Source: an uncultured Desulfurivibrio sp. (GTDB lineage Bacteria; Desulfobacterota; Desulfobulbia; Desulfobulbales; Desulfurivibrionaceae). From it: a DNA stretch of 32,000 nt. The stretch is from NCBI GenBank assembly GCA_964588325.1, contig CAZPOR010000002.1, forward strand, positions 242,919-274,918. The letters are read 5' to 3'. Below, in pieces: positions 10,050 through 19,337 of this stretch (position 1 is the stretch's first letter; each line of letters opens with the position of its first letter). Made by a program: the position numbers and the translations under genes. The notes under the pieces were generated by a model, which saw nothing but the letters and a program-made list of their open reading frames with translations, ran no database searches and was not told where the DNA came from.

Positions 10050-10865
10050 ATGCTGCTGGTAAATGAAAAAGAGGTTTCCTTCCAGGCCGGAATGACCCTT
10101 GGCGACCTGGTGAGGGATCATGCTGCGGGTGGCGAGGCAGACATCCTGCTCGTCAACGGCTACCCGGCAACATTGCAGACCGTGTTATCCGACGGGGACC
10201 AATGCTGGCTGTGGAAGCGGGGAAAGGTTCCTTCTGCGGAAGAGATGCGGCGGCTTTTGTATGCCCGGCACAGCCCAGGCATACAGACTCGTCTGCAAAC
10301 AAAGATGGTCGGGATCATGGGTCTGGGAGGCCTCGGCTCCCTAGTGGCAATCGCTCTGGCGCGCATGGGCATCGGCGCCCTCCTTCTTGCCGACTATGAT
10401 GTGGTGGAACCCACCAATCTCAACCGGCAGCAGTATTTTGTGGATCAGATCGGACAGAAGAAAACCGCGGCGTTGCGGGATATTCTGCAGCGGGTGAATC
10501 CCCATGTCGCCGTGACCCTTATGGACAGACGGCTTGTTGAAGATGATATCGGCGTGTTGTTTCATGATGTCCATGCCCTGGTCGAGTGTTTCGATGATCC
10601 GGCCATGAAGGCTGCCGGCTTGCGGGCCGCTGTGCATAATCTTCCCGGAGTTTTTTATGTGGGGGCCTCGGGACTCGCCGGATATGGCGAAAACAATACG
10701 ATTCGGACCAGGCGGCTCTACCCCGGCATCTATCTTGTCGGCGATGAGGTAAGCGGGGCAGCCCCCGGGCAGGGGCTCATGGCGGCCAGGGTAGGTATTG
10801 CCGCCCATCACCAGGCGAATCAGGTGGTCCGGCTCCTGCTGGGTGCGGAAAATGAGGTCGAGTAG
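10050..10865 (+). CDS. thiF: ThiF-family adenylyltransferase with N-terminal ThiS-like ubiquitin-fold region
   Basis: MLLVNEKEVSFQAGMTLGDLVRDH... (ThiS-like) then VGIMGLGGLGSLVAIALARMGIGALLLADYDVVEPTNLNRQQYF. Confidence 0.88.
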   Translation: MLLVNEKEVSFQAGMTLGDLVRDHAAGGEADILLVNGYPATLQTVLSDGDQCWLWKRGKVPSAEEMRRLLYARHSPGIQTRLQTKMVGIMGLGGLGSLVAIALARMGIGALLLADYDVVEPTNLNRQQYFVDQIGQKKTAALRDILQRVNPHVAVTLMDRRLVEDDIGVLFHDVHALVECFDDPAMKAAGLRAAVHNLPGVFYVGASGLAGYGENNTIRTRRLYPGIYLVGDEVSGAAPGQGLMAARVGIAAHHQANQVVRLLLGAENEVE

Positions 10866-11066
10866 ATGAAGGTCATTTGCAACGGCGAAGCGCAGGAAGT
10901 CGCGCCCGGTACCCGGGTGGCTGATTATCTCAACCAGCTTGGCGTGGATGCCTCGTCCGTGGTGGTTGAGTGCGACGGGAAGATATTGACCCGGGAAGAA
11001 TACGCGAGCCATGCATTGCAGGATGGCTCGGTCCTTGAATTGATCCGGTTTGTGGGAGGTGGTTGA
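10866..11066 (+). CDS. thiS: Sulfur carrier protein ThiS
   Basis: 66 aa, [26 protein letters not shown]...[14 protein letters not shown] with C-terminal glycine tail; abuts thiF and thiG. Confidence 0.9.
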   Translation: MKVICNGEAQEVAPGTRVADYLNQLGVDASSVVVECDGKILTREEYASHALQDGSVLELIRFVGGG

Positions 11067-11067
11067 G

Positions 11068-11835
11068 ATGTTGACCATTGCGGGGAGAAAATTTCGCTCA
11101 CGGCTTTTTGGCGGCACTGGGAAGTTCGCCTCTCCGGAAGTCATGAAAGAGGCGCTTGCCGCCTCGGGGTGTGAGATGGTCACCGTGGCCCTGCGCCGCA
11201 TCGATCTCAACAATCCTGCGGACGATATCATGAGCGTGCTGGATCGCGACCGCTACCTGTTTTTGCCCAATACTTCCGGGGCGCGGGATGCGGGCGAGGC
11301 GATCCGCCTTGCCCGTCTGGCCAGGGCTTCCGGTGGAGGGGAATGGCTCAAGCTCGAGGTGACTCCCGACCCGAGAACCCTGCTCCCGGATCCCATCGAG
11401 ACCCTGAAGGCCACCGAAGAGCTGGTCAAGGAAGGGTTCAAGGTGCTGCCTTATATGAATGCCGATCCGATTTTGGCCCTGCGTCTTCAGGACGCAGGCG
11501 CGGTTGCCGTCATGCCTCTTGGCTCGCCCATCGGCACCAATCAGGGAGTACTGACCCGGTTCCAGGTCGAGATCATCATTGCCCAGGCCCAGGTGCCGGT
11601 AATCGTTGATGCCGGGCTTGGTGCGCCTTCGCATGTGGCTGAGGCCATGGAGATGGGAGCCGATGCGGTGCTGGTCAATACGGCCATTGCCGTGGCCGGG
11701 GATCCGGTTCGCATGGCCCGGGCCTTCGCCATGGCGGTGGAGGCGGGCCGGATCGCTTATGAAGCCGGTCTTGGCGCGGTGCGCAAGGATGCCGCCGCCT
11801 CTTCGCCCGAGGACGGGCTTGGATTTTTGCGTTAA
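11068..11835 (+). CDS. thiG: Thiazole synthase ThiG
   Basis: [21 protein letters not shown]...[18 protein letters not shown]...[14 protein letters not shown]...[33 protein letters not shown]; internal start 11068 preferred over 11050. Confidence 0.96.
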   Translation: MLTIAGRKFRSRLFGGTGKFASPEVMKEALAASGCEMVTVALRRIDLNNPADDIMSVLDRDRYLFLPNTSGARDAGEAIRLARLARASGGGEWLKLEVTPDPRTLLPDPIETLKATEELVKEGFKVLPYMNADPILALRLQDAGAVAVMPLGSPIGTNQGVLTRFQVEIIIAQAQVPVIVDAGLGAPSHVAEAMEMGADAVLVNTAIAVAGDPVRMARAFAMAVEAGRIAYEAGLGAVRKDAAASSPEDGLGFLR

Positions 11836-11838
11836 CCC

Positions 11839-12960
11839 ATGCGCATCGTTCCCGAATTTTCCGCATTGCGGGATGCCATCAGCCGCGCCACAGAGGCAGA
11901 GGTTCTGCGCGCTCTCGGTTCCGATCGCCCCGGTCTGGAGGGTCTTGCCGCCCTGTTGTCGCCTGCAGCCGAGCCGCATCTTGGCGCCTTGGCCAAGCGT
12001 TCCGGCGCCATCACCCGCCAGCGTTTTGGTCGCACCATGCAGATGTATGCGCCGGTCTATCTTTCCAGTTTCTGCACCAATCGCTGCGCCTATTGCGGTT
12101 TTTCGGCGGACAACGTCATTGACCGGCGGGTTCTGACTTTTGCCGAGGCGGAAAGCGAGGCCATGATCCTGCACCAGCGGGGATTCAATCATATTCTTCT
12201 CGTTTCCGGCGAGGCGTCGGCCAAGCTCGGCGTGGAATATCTTGAAGAGCTGGCCCTGCGGCTGCGCGACCGGTTTGCCGCCTTGTCCATCGAAGTGCAG
12301 CCCTTGGCCACCGAGGAGTATGCGAGACTTTTCCGTGCCGGCATTACCGCCGTGGCCGTATATCAGGAAACCTATGACCGCGAAATATACAAGCAAGTGC
12401 ATCTGGCCGGGCGCAAGGCTGATTTTGATTACCGGCTGGAAACTCCGGCCCGGGCGGCGGCAGCGGGTATGCGGGAGGTCGGGATCGGCGCCCTGCTGGG
12501 CCTTGCGGACTGGCGGGCGGAAGGACTCGCCTTGGGCCTCCATCTGGCCTGGCTGCGGAAGCATTACTGGCGGACCGGACTCACCGTCTCTTTCCCGCGC
12601 ATGCGTCCGGCGCAAGGGGAATTCAAGCCGCTGGCTCCGGTGAGCGAAAGAAATCTCAGCCAGATGATCTTTGCCCTGCGGATGTTTGATCCGGATGTCG
12701 GGTTGTATCTCTCGACCCGCGAGGAGGCCCGGTACCGCGACGGCATGATCGGCCTGGGGCCCACCCGTTATTCGGCGGGTTCCTGCACCGCGCCGGGCGG
12801 ATACGGCCTGGAGGACGCAGGCGGTGAACAGTTCGAGGTCGGGGACAGCCGCAGCCTCGCCGAGGTGAGCGCCGCCATCCAGCAGAAAGGTTTTGATCCG
12901 GTCCGCAAGGATTGGGATGCGGTTTTTCAAACAAAGGAAGACGGGCAGCAGGCTGCCTGA
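11839..12960 (+). CDS. thiH: 2-iminoacetate synthase ThiH (radical SAM)
   Basis: YLSSFCTNRCAYCGFSADN (CxxxCxxC), FNHILLVSGEASAKLGVEYL; immediately after thiG. Confidence 0.95.
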   Translation: MRIVPEFSALRDAISRATEAEVLRALGSDRPGLEGLAALLSPAAEPHLGALAKRSGAITRQRFGRTMQMYAPVYLSSFCTNRCAYCGFSADNVIDRRVLTFAEAESEAMILHQRGFNHILLVSGEASAKLGVEYLEELALRLRDRFAALSIEVQPLATEEYARLFRAGITAVAVYQETYDREIYKQVHLAGRKADFDYRLETPARAAAAGMREVGIGALLGLADWRAEGLALGLHLAWLRKHYWRTGLTVSFPRMRPAQGEFKPLAPVSERNLSQMIFALRMFDPDVGLYLSTREEARYRDGMIGLGPTRYSAGSCTAPGGYGLEDAGGEQFEVGDSRSLAEVSAAIQQKGFDPVRKDWDAVFQTKEDGQQAA

Positions 12961-12998
12961 ACGATACGCGCAACCATAAGGAAGGAGAGGTGAATCCG

Positions 12999-14288
12999 AT
13001 GGCAGATCTGAAGAAAATGTACACCACCATTCTTGGTGACCACTTTCCCATGGAGATGAAAATCACCTTTGGCGACCAGGAGCTGGTCTACCGGAAGAAG
13101 ACCTGGAAGATCGTGGGTGAGGACGGCAGCGTTGATGAGCGGGGCGTGCGCTACGGCGAGAACCCGGATCAGGAGGCGGCCCTCTACGAGCTGACCAACG
13201 GCAATCTGGCGCTGGGCGACTGCCGGTTCATCGAACCGGGCAAGGGGCTGGTCAGCGGGATCAATGTCGAGGACATGCTCCAGGTGGGCAAGCATCCCGG
13301 CAAGATCAACCTCACCGACATCGACAACGGCCTGAACATCATTAAGTATCTCATGGACCGTCCGGCCGCGGTGATCCTCAAGCACAACAATCCCTGCGGC
13401 GCCGCCTGCAGCGAGACCCTGGCCCGCGCCTATGACCGGGCCAACCGGGCCGACCGCATCGCCGCCTTTGGCGGAGCCGTTATTCTCAACCGGCCCTGCG
13501 ACAAGGAAACCGCCGAGCTCTTGAGCAAGAACTATCTGGAGGTGGTCTGCGCCCCGGAATTCGAGGCGGGAACCCTGGAGATCCTCGCGGCTCGCAAGAA
13601 TCTGCGCGTCGTGCGGATCAGCCGCATCGACCGGCTTGCCGATTACGAGAAATACCGCTATGTGGATTTCAAGAGCCTGATCGATGGCGGGCTCATTGTC
13701 CAGCAGTCGGCGGTGAATTCCATCCGTTCAGTGGCCGACCTCAAACCCGCGGTCTGCACCGCGAAGGGGCAGGAATACACGGTGGAGCGCGAGCCCACCC
13801 AGCGGGAGATCGACGACATGCTTTTCGGCTGGGCCGTGGAGCACGGGGTGACCTCCAACTCGGTCATCTATGTGAAGGACGGCTGCACCGTGGGCATCGG
13901 CACCGGCGAGCAGGACCGGGTCGGGGTGGCCGACATCGCGGTGTACAAGGCCTACACCAAGTATGCCGACATGCTCTGCTTCGATACCTTCGGCATCCCC
14001 TATGCGGATATGGTGCTGGAGATCGAACAGGGCAAACGGACCAAGGCGGATCAGGAAAAAATCGACGCCCAGACCAAGGCGGACAAGGCCGGGCTCCCTG
14101 GTTCGGTGATGATCTCCGACGCCTTTTTCCCGTACCGCGACGGCGCCGATGTCGGCATCCGGCAGGGGGTCTCCGCCATTCTCCAGGCGGGGGGCTCCAT
14201 GCGCGATTTCGAAACCATCCAGGCCTGCAACGAGGCCAAGCCGCAGGTGGCCATGAAGTTTACGGGGCAAAGGTCTTTCAAGCACTAA
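12999..14288 (+). CDS. purH: AICAR transformylase domain protein (PurH C-terminal type, without an N-terminal MGS/IMP cyclohydrolase domain); start at ATG 12999 behind AAGGAG
   Basis: VRYGENPDQEAALYEL; VILKHNNPCGAACSETLARAYDRANRADRIAAFGGAVILN; MISDAFFPYRDGADVG. Confidence 0.88.
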   Translation: MADLKKMYTTILGDHFPMEMKITFGDQELVYRKKTWKIVGEDGSVDERGVRYGENPDQEAALYELTNGNLALGDCRFIEPGKGLVSGINVEDMLQVGKHPGKINLTDIDNGLNIIKYLMDRPAAVILKHNNPCGAACSETLARAYDRANRADRIAAFGGAVILNRPCDKETAELLSKNYLEVVCAPEFEAGTLEILAARKNLRVVRISRIDRLADYEKYRYVDFKSLIDGGLIVQQSAVNSIRSVADLKPAVCTAKGQEYTVEREPTQREIDDMLFGWAVEHGVTSNSVIYVKDGCTVGIGTGEQDRVGVADIAVYKAYTKYADMLCFDTFGIPYADMVLEIEQGKRTKADQEKIDAQTKADKAGLPGSVMISDAFFPYRDGADVGIRQGVSAILQAGGSMRDFETIQACNEAKPQVAMKFTGQRSFKH

Positions 14289-14307
14289 AAATACAGCAGG
14301 ATATGCA

Positions 14308-14345
14308 CAAAAAAAGCCCGGCCTGAAAAGGCCGGGCTTTTTTTG
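14308..14345. terminator. Bidirectional terminator between convergent purH and motB
   Basis: AAAAAAAGCCCGGCC-tgaaaa-GGCCGGGCTTTTTTT. Confidence 0.92.
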
Positions 14346-14425
14346 TGCAATGGCGGCCCGCATCGAGTGGCCCTGCCGTTTTCTTGAAGGGATGCGAGCC
14401 GGAGAACAGAACAGGTGCGCGGGGT

Positions 14426-15307
14426 TTATTCCATCCGTGCTGGGTGAACCTGGGGTACGGCTTTGGGCGCAACCTGGGCCGGACCCTGCTGCGGCTGAGA
14501 CTGCGGCTGGGCCGGGGGTGGCGTCTTGCTCTGTTTTTCCGGATAGAGGCGCAGGCTTATCCTCCGGTTGCGAGGGTCAAAAGGGTTTTCCTTGATAATC
14601 GGTTCCGTGGCGGCATAGCCGGAGACCCGCCGGAGCCGGTTGGAAGGGATGCCGTTTTTTTCCACTTCGACCCGGGCGGCCGAGGCCCTGGCCGTGGAAA
14701 GCTCCCAGTTGCCGAATTCTCTGTTCGCGTAGCTCACAGCATCGGTGTGTCCCTCGATTTCAACGCGGCTTGAGGTGCTCTTGATGTTGTCGCAGAGTAC
14801 TTTGAGAATTTTTTGGCCGCTTTCGGTCAGGGTCGTGCTGCCGAGAGGGAACATGGGGTTTCCTTCCTTGTCCATGATGTCCACCTTGACCCCGCCTTCA
14901 ACAATCTCGATGCGTACCTGGTCCTTAAGGTCGGCAAGTCGCTGCTCGATTTCCTGTTGCAGTTTGTTTTTAAGCTGTTCCAAACCTGCCGGGCTGGCTT
15001 CGCCTTCTGTTTCTCCGGACGCCGGGGTTTGCGCGATGGTGATCTGGGCGGCGGGCTGCGCTTGTTCCGTGGAGATCATCTGGGTGGTTCCGCCTGCGCC
15101 GCCCTCGGCAAAGAGGCTGTATTCCTGAAAATATTTGGCGAGCTCTTCCTTTTGCGGCTTGGTGGTCATGTTGACCAGCCACATGAGGAGGAAAAAAGCC
15201 ATCATGCCGGTCATGAAATCGGCAAAGGCTACCTTCCAACTGCCGCCGTGGTGGCCGCCGCCCTGGACCTTCTTGACCTTTTTGATGATTATGCTTTTGT
15301 CTTCCAC
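14426..15307 (-). CDS. motB: Flagellar motor stator protein MotB (OmpA-like C-terminus)
   Basis: HHGGSWKVAFADFMTGMMAFFLLMWLVNMT; RVEIEGHTDAVSYANREFGNWELSTARASAARVE. Confidence 0.93.
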   Translation of the reverse strand: MEDKSIIIKKVKKVQGGGHHGGSWKVAFADFMTGMMAFFLLMWLVNMTTKPQKEELAKYFQEYSLFAEGGAGGTTQMISTEQAQPAAQITIAQTPASGETEGEASPAGLEQLKNKLQQEIEQRLADLKDQVRIEIVEGGVKVDIMDKEGNPMFPLGSTTLTESGQKILKVLCDNIKSTSSRVEIEGHTDAVSYANREFGNWELSTARASAARVEVEKNGIPSNRLRRVSGYAATEPIIKENPFDPRNRRISLRLYPEKQSKTPPPAQPQSQPQQGPAQVAPKAVPQVHPARME

Positions 15308-16155
15308 TTCTTGATGGCCTCCTCAACCTCGTTGAAGGAGGGGCGGTCGTCTCCGGGGATGGCCCGTCTGCCAGCCTCAACGGCGAATTGGACCATAAAG
15401 CTGGTTGAATACGCGGCGAGCAGCGAGGTTTTGATCACCCGCAGATAGGTCTCGCGTTCATGGGCATGATGCTCCAGCTTGGTTCCCATGGGCCCGACGA
15501 ATCCGTAACAGGCAAGCACGCCGAAGAAGGTGCCGACCAGGGCGGCGCCGATATGGTGGCCCAGAACCTCGGCGGATTCGTTGATATATCCCATGGTGAC
15601 GACAATGCCGAGAACCGCCGCGACGATACCCAGACCGGGCAGGGCATCGCCGATCCGGGTGATGCTGTGGGCGGGCAGCATCCGCTCATGCTGGTTGGCC
15701 TCCAAGTCGATCTCCATAAGATTGTCCAGTTCGTAGGCCGGGTAGTTGGCGCTGAGCATGGTGCGCACCGTGTCGCAGATGAAATCGGCTGCTTCGCGGT
15801 CCTTCATGATGTTGGCATACTTTTGAAAGAGCGGGCTTTTTTCGTGGTCTTCGATATCTGCCTCGATGGCGACCAGCCCCTCTTTTTTGATCTTGAAAAA
15901 AACGGCATTCATGAGCAGCAGCAGCTCCAGATAATGCGCCTTGTTCATGTGGGAATCGGAAAAGATGCCTCCGAGGTGTCCGAGAATAACCTTCAACGCT
16001 TTGGCCGGCGAGGAAATGATCAGGCTGCCGATGGCGGCGCCGAAGATGATGACTACTTCGGCGGGTTGGAAAAGGACGTGGAAATTGCCTTTTGCCATGG
16101 CGTATCCGGCGATGACCGACCCTAAAACAACTGCTATGCCGATGATTGTGAGCAT
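15289..16155 (-). CDS. motA: Flagellar motor stator protein MotA
   Basis: MLTIIGIAVVLGSVIAGYAMAKGNFHVLFQPAEVVIIFGAAIGSLIIS...; ends overlapping the motB start. Confidence 0.93.
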   Translation of the reverse strand: MLTIIGIAVVLGSVIAGYAMAKGNFHVLFQPAEVVIIFGAAIGSLIISSPAKALKVILGHLGGIFSDSHMNKAHYLELLLLMNAVFFKIKKEGLVAIEADIEDHEKSPLFQKYANIMKDREAADFICDTVRTMLSANYPAYELDNLMEIDLEANQHERMLPAHSITRIGDALPGLGIVAAVLGIVVTMGYINESAEVLGHHIGAALVGTFFGVLACYGFVGPMGTKLEHHAHERETYLRVIKTSLLAAYSTSFMVQFAVEAGRRAIPGDDRPSFNEVEEAIKKWKTKA

Positions 16156-16238
16156 ATTGGTCTTTGTTTCCCTATGGAATGTCTGTGTTCTTGATGGCGT
16201 GGGGGCGGATCAGGAATCCCTTCCGAAAACCGGAAAGT

Positions 16239-16904
16239 TCAAGGCTCCAGCCAGCGCTGATTCATGAGCTGTTCTTTTTGTTTTCTGAGCGCATAGGTGG
16301 CGATGGCGTCCTGGATAGCTCCGTTTGGTGCGGTAAATTGGATGGCCACCTGATTGCCTCCTTCCGGGAGCGGGCTTACCCGCGCAACCGAACCGCCGGT
16401 CACAACCCAGCAGGGTTGGTCCGTGGAGAGAAGCATGTGGACCTCCACGAGATCTCCGGCCGCAAGCGTCTCGTGGGAGGTGAGTTTAATGCCGCTCGCA
16501 CTGAGGCTGACCTCTCCAACCCGGGTTGTTTCCTGTGGCCTGGCGATAAGGTGAAAATCGAGGAGGCTGTCCAGTTTGCTGTTTACCTGGAGGAGTAATT
16601 GGGTCAAGGAGGGTTTGAGGTTTTTCTCCTCGTTGTACCGTGACAGTTTGTAAAATTTGAACAGCAAGTCCAGCTTGGTGTTTGCCTCAAGAAGCATCAG
16701 GGCAAAAGAAGGGTCGATGTCATGGGGAAAAGGCTTCAGGCCTGCCCCGAGAGTGCCGGAGCCGGAAAGGGCCACGGGAATGACTCTGGGCACGGGCAGG
16801 ACCCCGTTGTCGATTTTTTGCACCGAGGTTGCCAGCAGATCATCGATCCGGAAATTTTCTCGGCGGTTCTGGTCGCTGGTGTTGGCAGAGCTGTCAGTTG
16901 GCAT
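16239..16904 (-). CDS. PilZ-like (probably atypical / tPilZ-like) c-di-GMP effector candidate; MPTDSS start preferred over 16937
   Basis: RRENFR box near the N-terminus, helical linker with repeated LLEANTKLDLLF / LLQVNSKLDSLLDF, then GEVSLSASGIKL and VAIQF. Confidence 0.65.
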   Translation of the reverse strand: MPTDSSANTSDQNRRENFRIDDLLATSVQKIDNGVLPVPRVIPVALSGSGTLGAGLKPFPHDIDPSFALMLLEANTKLDLLFKFYKLSRYNEEKNLKPSLTQLLLQVNSKLDSLLDFHLIARPQETTRVGEVSLSASGIKLTSHETLAAGDLVEVHMLLSTDQPCWVVTGGSVARVSPLPEGGNQVAIQFTAPNGAIQDAIATYALRKQKEQLMNQRWLEP

Positions 16905-17027
16905 GCAGTGAATCCTCTGTGAAATACTGAACATCATAGCCCTGTTGCGGCAATTTTGGAATTATTTTTTGTGCTGGAAACGGGTTGTTTGGTGAGGGAT
17001 GCTGCGCCTCACGGGAAACCAGAAAAT

Positions 17028-18302
17028 TTAATGGACCGAACAGGAGATGCAGGGGTCGTACGCCCTGACCAGCATTTCCGCCAGCAGTTCGATTTCCCGG
17101 TCTTGCTTGCCGGTTTTGGCATACTGGCCAGCCAGCGCCTCGATGTCGTGCAGGATGTTGGCGTGATTCTGACTGGTGGGGATAACGCAATCCGCCTTGA
17201 CCACCTTGCCGTCCTTGTCGAATGTATAATAATGGTAGAGGATGCCCCGGGGAACCTCCACCGCGCCGACCCCCTCGCCTTTTTTTGCCTGCACCGGCTG
17301 GCGCGGTTCCTGCCAGGGATTGCCCAGCAGGGTGTCGATGAGCCGCACGGAATCAAGAACCACCTGCACGCATTCCACCAGTTGAGCCACATTGCACATG
17401 TACGGGTTATGGTTCACCGGGACAAGGCCGAGGAATTTGGAAATCTCCCGTGCGGTGGGGTGGAGCTTGGTAAAGTTGTTGTTCAGTCGGGCCAGGGCGC
17501 CCACGGCAAAGGAGGGCCGGGAGAGTTTGCTCAGCTTGGAGGTGAAGCCCTTTTGGCAGTATTCATTGGTCATGGCCCGGTACTGGTGCTCTTTTTTTAC
17601 GACCCCATCCGTTGAAACAAGCCCGCCGCCGATAAAGGGATAGTTGCTCTCGCCCTTGAGGGAGACGAATTCCGTCTCCCGGCTGAAGTCGGGGATGGCA
17701 AAGGTTTTAAACAGTTCCGCCGAGGCCAGCAGATCAGGGACCGAGGCCATCAATCGCTGGCGTATTTTTTCCAGCTCGCTCTTTTCCGGCAGCATGGTGA
17801 AGCCGCCCACCACGGTGCGGGTGGGATGCAACCGTCTGCCGCCGATAATGTCGCAGGCATCGTTGGCCAGCAGCTTGAGGCGCAGGGCCCGCTGCACCAC
17901 CTCCGGATGGGTCTTGGCCAGGGGCAGCACGCTGCCCGCGCCGAGGAAATCCGGGGCGGCCAGGAAATAGAGATGCAGGATATGGCTCTGCAGGGTTTCC
18001 ATGTGCTTGAGCAGGAGCCTCAGGCTCGCGGTCTGGGGCGAGGGGGTGATGCCGAAGGCGTTTTCCACGGCCCGGATGCTGGCCAGGGTGTGGCCGATGG
18101 AACAGATCCCGCAGATCCGACCGCAGATGTAGGGTGCGTTTTCCCAGTGCTTGCCCACCAGCATGGCCTCGAAAAAACGAGGGGTTTCCACCACCTCCCA
18201 TTGCGCCTTTTTGACCACCCCGTTCTTGATGCTGATCGTGATGTTGCCGTGGCCCTCCACCCGGGTCAGGTGGTGGACATTGACCTCGCAGGAGAGCTTC
18301 AT
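17028..18302 (-). CDS. hydA: [NiFe] hydrogenase large (alpha) subunit, group 3b-type; start 18302 behind AGGGGG
   Basis: L1 CGRICGICSIGHTLA, L2 DPCISCSVH at the extreme C-terminus; ATGA overlap with the small subunit. Confidence 0.93.
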   Translation of the reverse strand: MKLSCEVNVHHLTRVEGHGNITISIKNGVVKKAQWEVVETPRFFEAMLVGKHWENAPYICGRICGICSIGHTLASIRAVENAFGITPSPQTASLRLLLKHMETLQSHILHLYFLAAPDFLGAGSVLPLAKTHPEVVQRALRLKLLANDACDIIGGRRLHPTRTVVGGFTMLPEKSELEKIRQRLMASVPDLLASAELFKTFAIPDFSRETEFVSLKGESNYPFIGGGLVSTDGVVKKEHQYRAMTNEYCQKGFTSKLSKLSRPSFAVGALARLNNNFTKLHPTAREISKFLGLVPVNHNPYMCNVAQLVECVQVVLDSVRLIDTLLGNPWQEPRQPVQAKKGEGVGAVEVPRGILYHYYTFDKDGKVVKADCVIPTSQNHANILHDIEALAGQYAKTGKQDREIELLAEMLVRAYDPCISCSVH

Positions 18303-19336
18303 GATTTTTTCCCCCTGGCCGCGGCTTTTTTGCACCCAGAGGGTATACGTTTCGTTTGCGCAGGCAAGCTGCTCAACTCAGCTATATTTTTGGGGCGGAA
18401 GGTGTCGGCGAAAGAAGCAAAGCCGCCGAAACATTCCAAGCGGTCGAGGATGGTTTCGCGGTCAAAGCCATGGGTGTGCATGATCTCTTCCAGTCGTTTG
18501 AGATTTGCTCCTTCCGCCGGGCCGCGGCATCCCCAGCACCCCCTGCGGTTGCTGGTGCACCAGGCGTCGCAGCCCGCCCGGGTGACCGGGCCCAGGCAGG
18601 GTTCGCCGAGCTCGAACAGGCAGATGTTTTCGTTGGCCTTGCACTCCATGCACACCGGGTATTCGGGATGGCGCACCGTCTTGCCCACCACCAGATCGGT
18701 GACGATGCGCTCCACCTCTTCCTTCTTGATCGGGCAGCCGAAGATCGAAAGGTCCACCTGGACAAAATCCGCCAGGGGATGCACCTCCATGGTCTCGATG
18801 GGGAAGTCGCCGTACACCTCTTTTTTGACCCAATCCAGATCGCGGAAGCGGTTTTTGAGTTGGTTGACCCCGCCGAAGCAGGCGCAGGAGCCTAGGGCGA
18901 CCAGGATTTTGGCATTCTTGCGGATTCCGGTGAGCCGGGCGATCTCGTCCTTGCGGGTGACGCTGCCCTCGACAAAGGCGATGTCGCAGGTGTCGCTGCG
19001 TTCAGTCATGCCTTCGCGGAAGTTGACGATCTCCACCAGATTGAGAAAATCCAGCAGGGTCGCCTCGTTGTTCAGAAGCTGCAACTGGCACCCCTCGCAG
19101 GAGGATAGCTCGAAGAAGCCGACCTTTGGCCGGGCAAGGGGGACGCCAAGGTAGGAGAGTGGTTCGCTCATCTCAGGTAAGCGGTCACAAGGCACGGCAT
19201 CTGCTTTGTTATCGGCCTGAGTGCATAGCGATGTATGGCCCACAGGCCTTTGTCGCGCATCTGCCGCACCCTGTGACCGCTTACGGCTTGGGCGGGTGCG
19301 CTTGACTTTGTCGTGCCCCTTGAGATCCTTTCCCAT
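18299..19336 (-). CDS. hydD: [NiFe] hydrogenase small (delta) subunit; the ~55-aa N-terminal extension is probably over-called, with MSEPLSYLG a likelier start
   Basis: KVGFFELSSCEGCQLQLLN; GSCACFGG; C-rich tail CMECKANENICLFELGEPCLGPVTRAGCDAWCTSNRRGCWGCRG. Confidence 0.9.
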   Translation of the reverse strand: MGKDLKGHDKVKRTRPSRKRSQGAADARQRPVGHTSLCTQADNKADAVPCDRLPEMSEPLSYLGVPLARPKVGFFELSSCEGCQLQLLNNEATLLDFLNLVEIVNFREGMTERSDTCDIAFVEGSVTRKDEIARLTGIRKNAKILVALGSCACFGGVNQLKNRFRDLDWVKKEVYGDFPIETMEVHPLADFVQVDLSIFGCPIKKEEVERIVTDLVVGKTVRHPEYPVCMECKANENICLFELGEPCLGPVTRAGCDAWCTSNRRGCWGCRGPAEGANLKRLEEIMHTHGFDRETILDRLECFGGFASFADTFRPKNIAELSSLPAQTKRIPSGCKKAAARGKKS

Positions 19337-19337
19337 C

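Noticed and set aside
9970-10050. Possible TPP riboswitch upstream of thiF/thiS/thiG/thiH
   Set aside because: The short leader lacks the conserved THI-box sequence (CTGAGA...ACCTGAT). Only a small CCCTTTTGCAAGGG palindrome is present.
11098-12930. 610-aa minus-strand ORF opposite thiG-thiH
   Set aside because: Same antisense artefact; the plus strand encodes canonical ThiG and ThiH.
17826-19154. 442-aa plus-strand ORF opposite the hydrogenase genes
   Set aside because: Antisense to clearly assigned hydrogenase large and small subunits.
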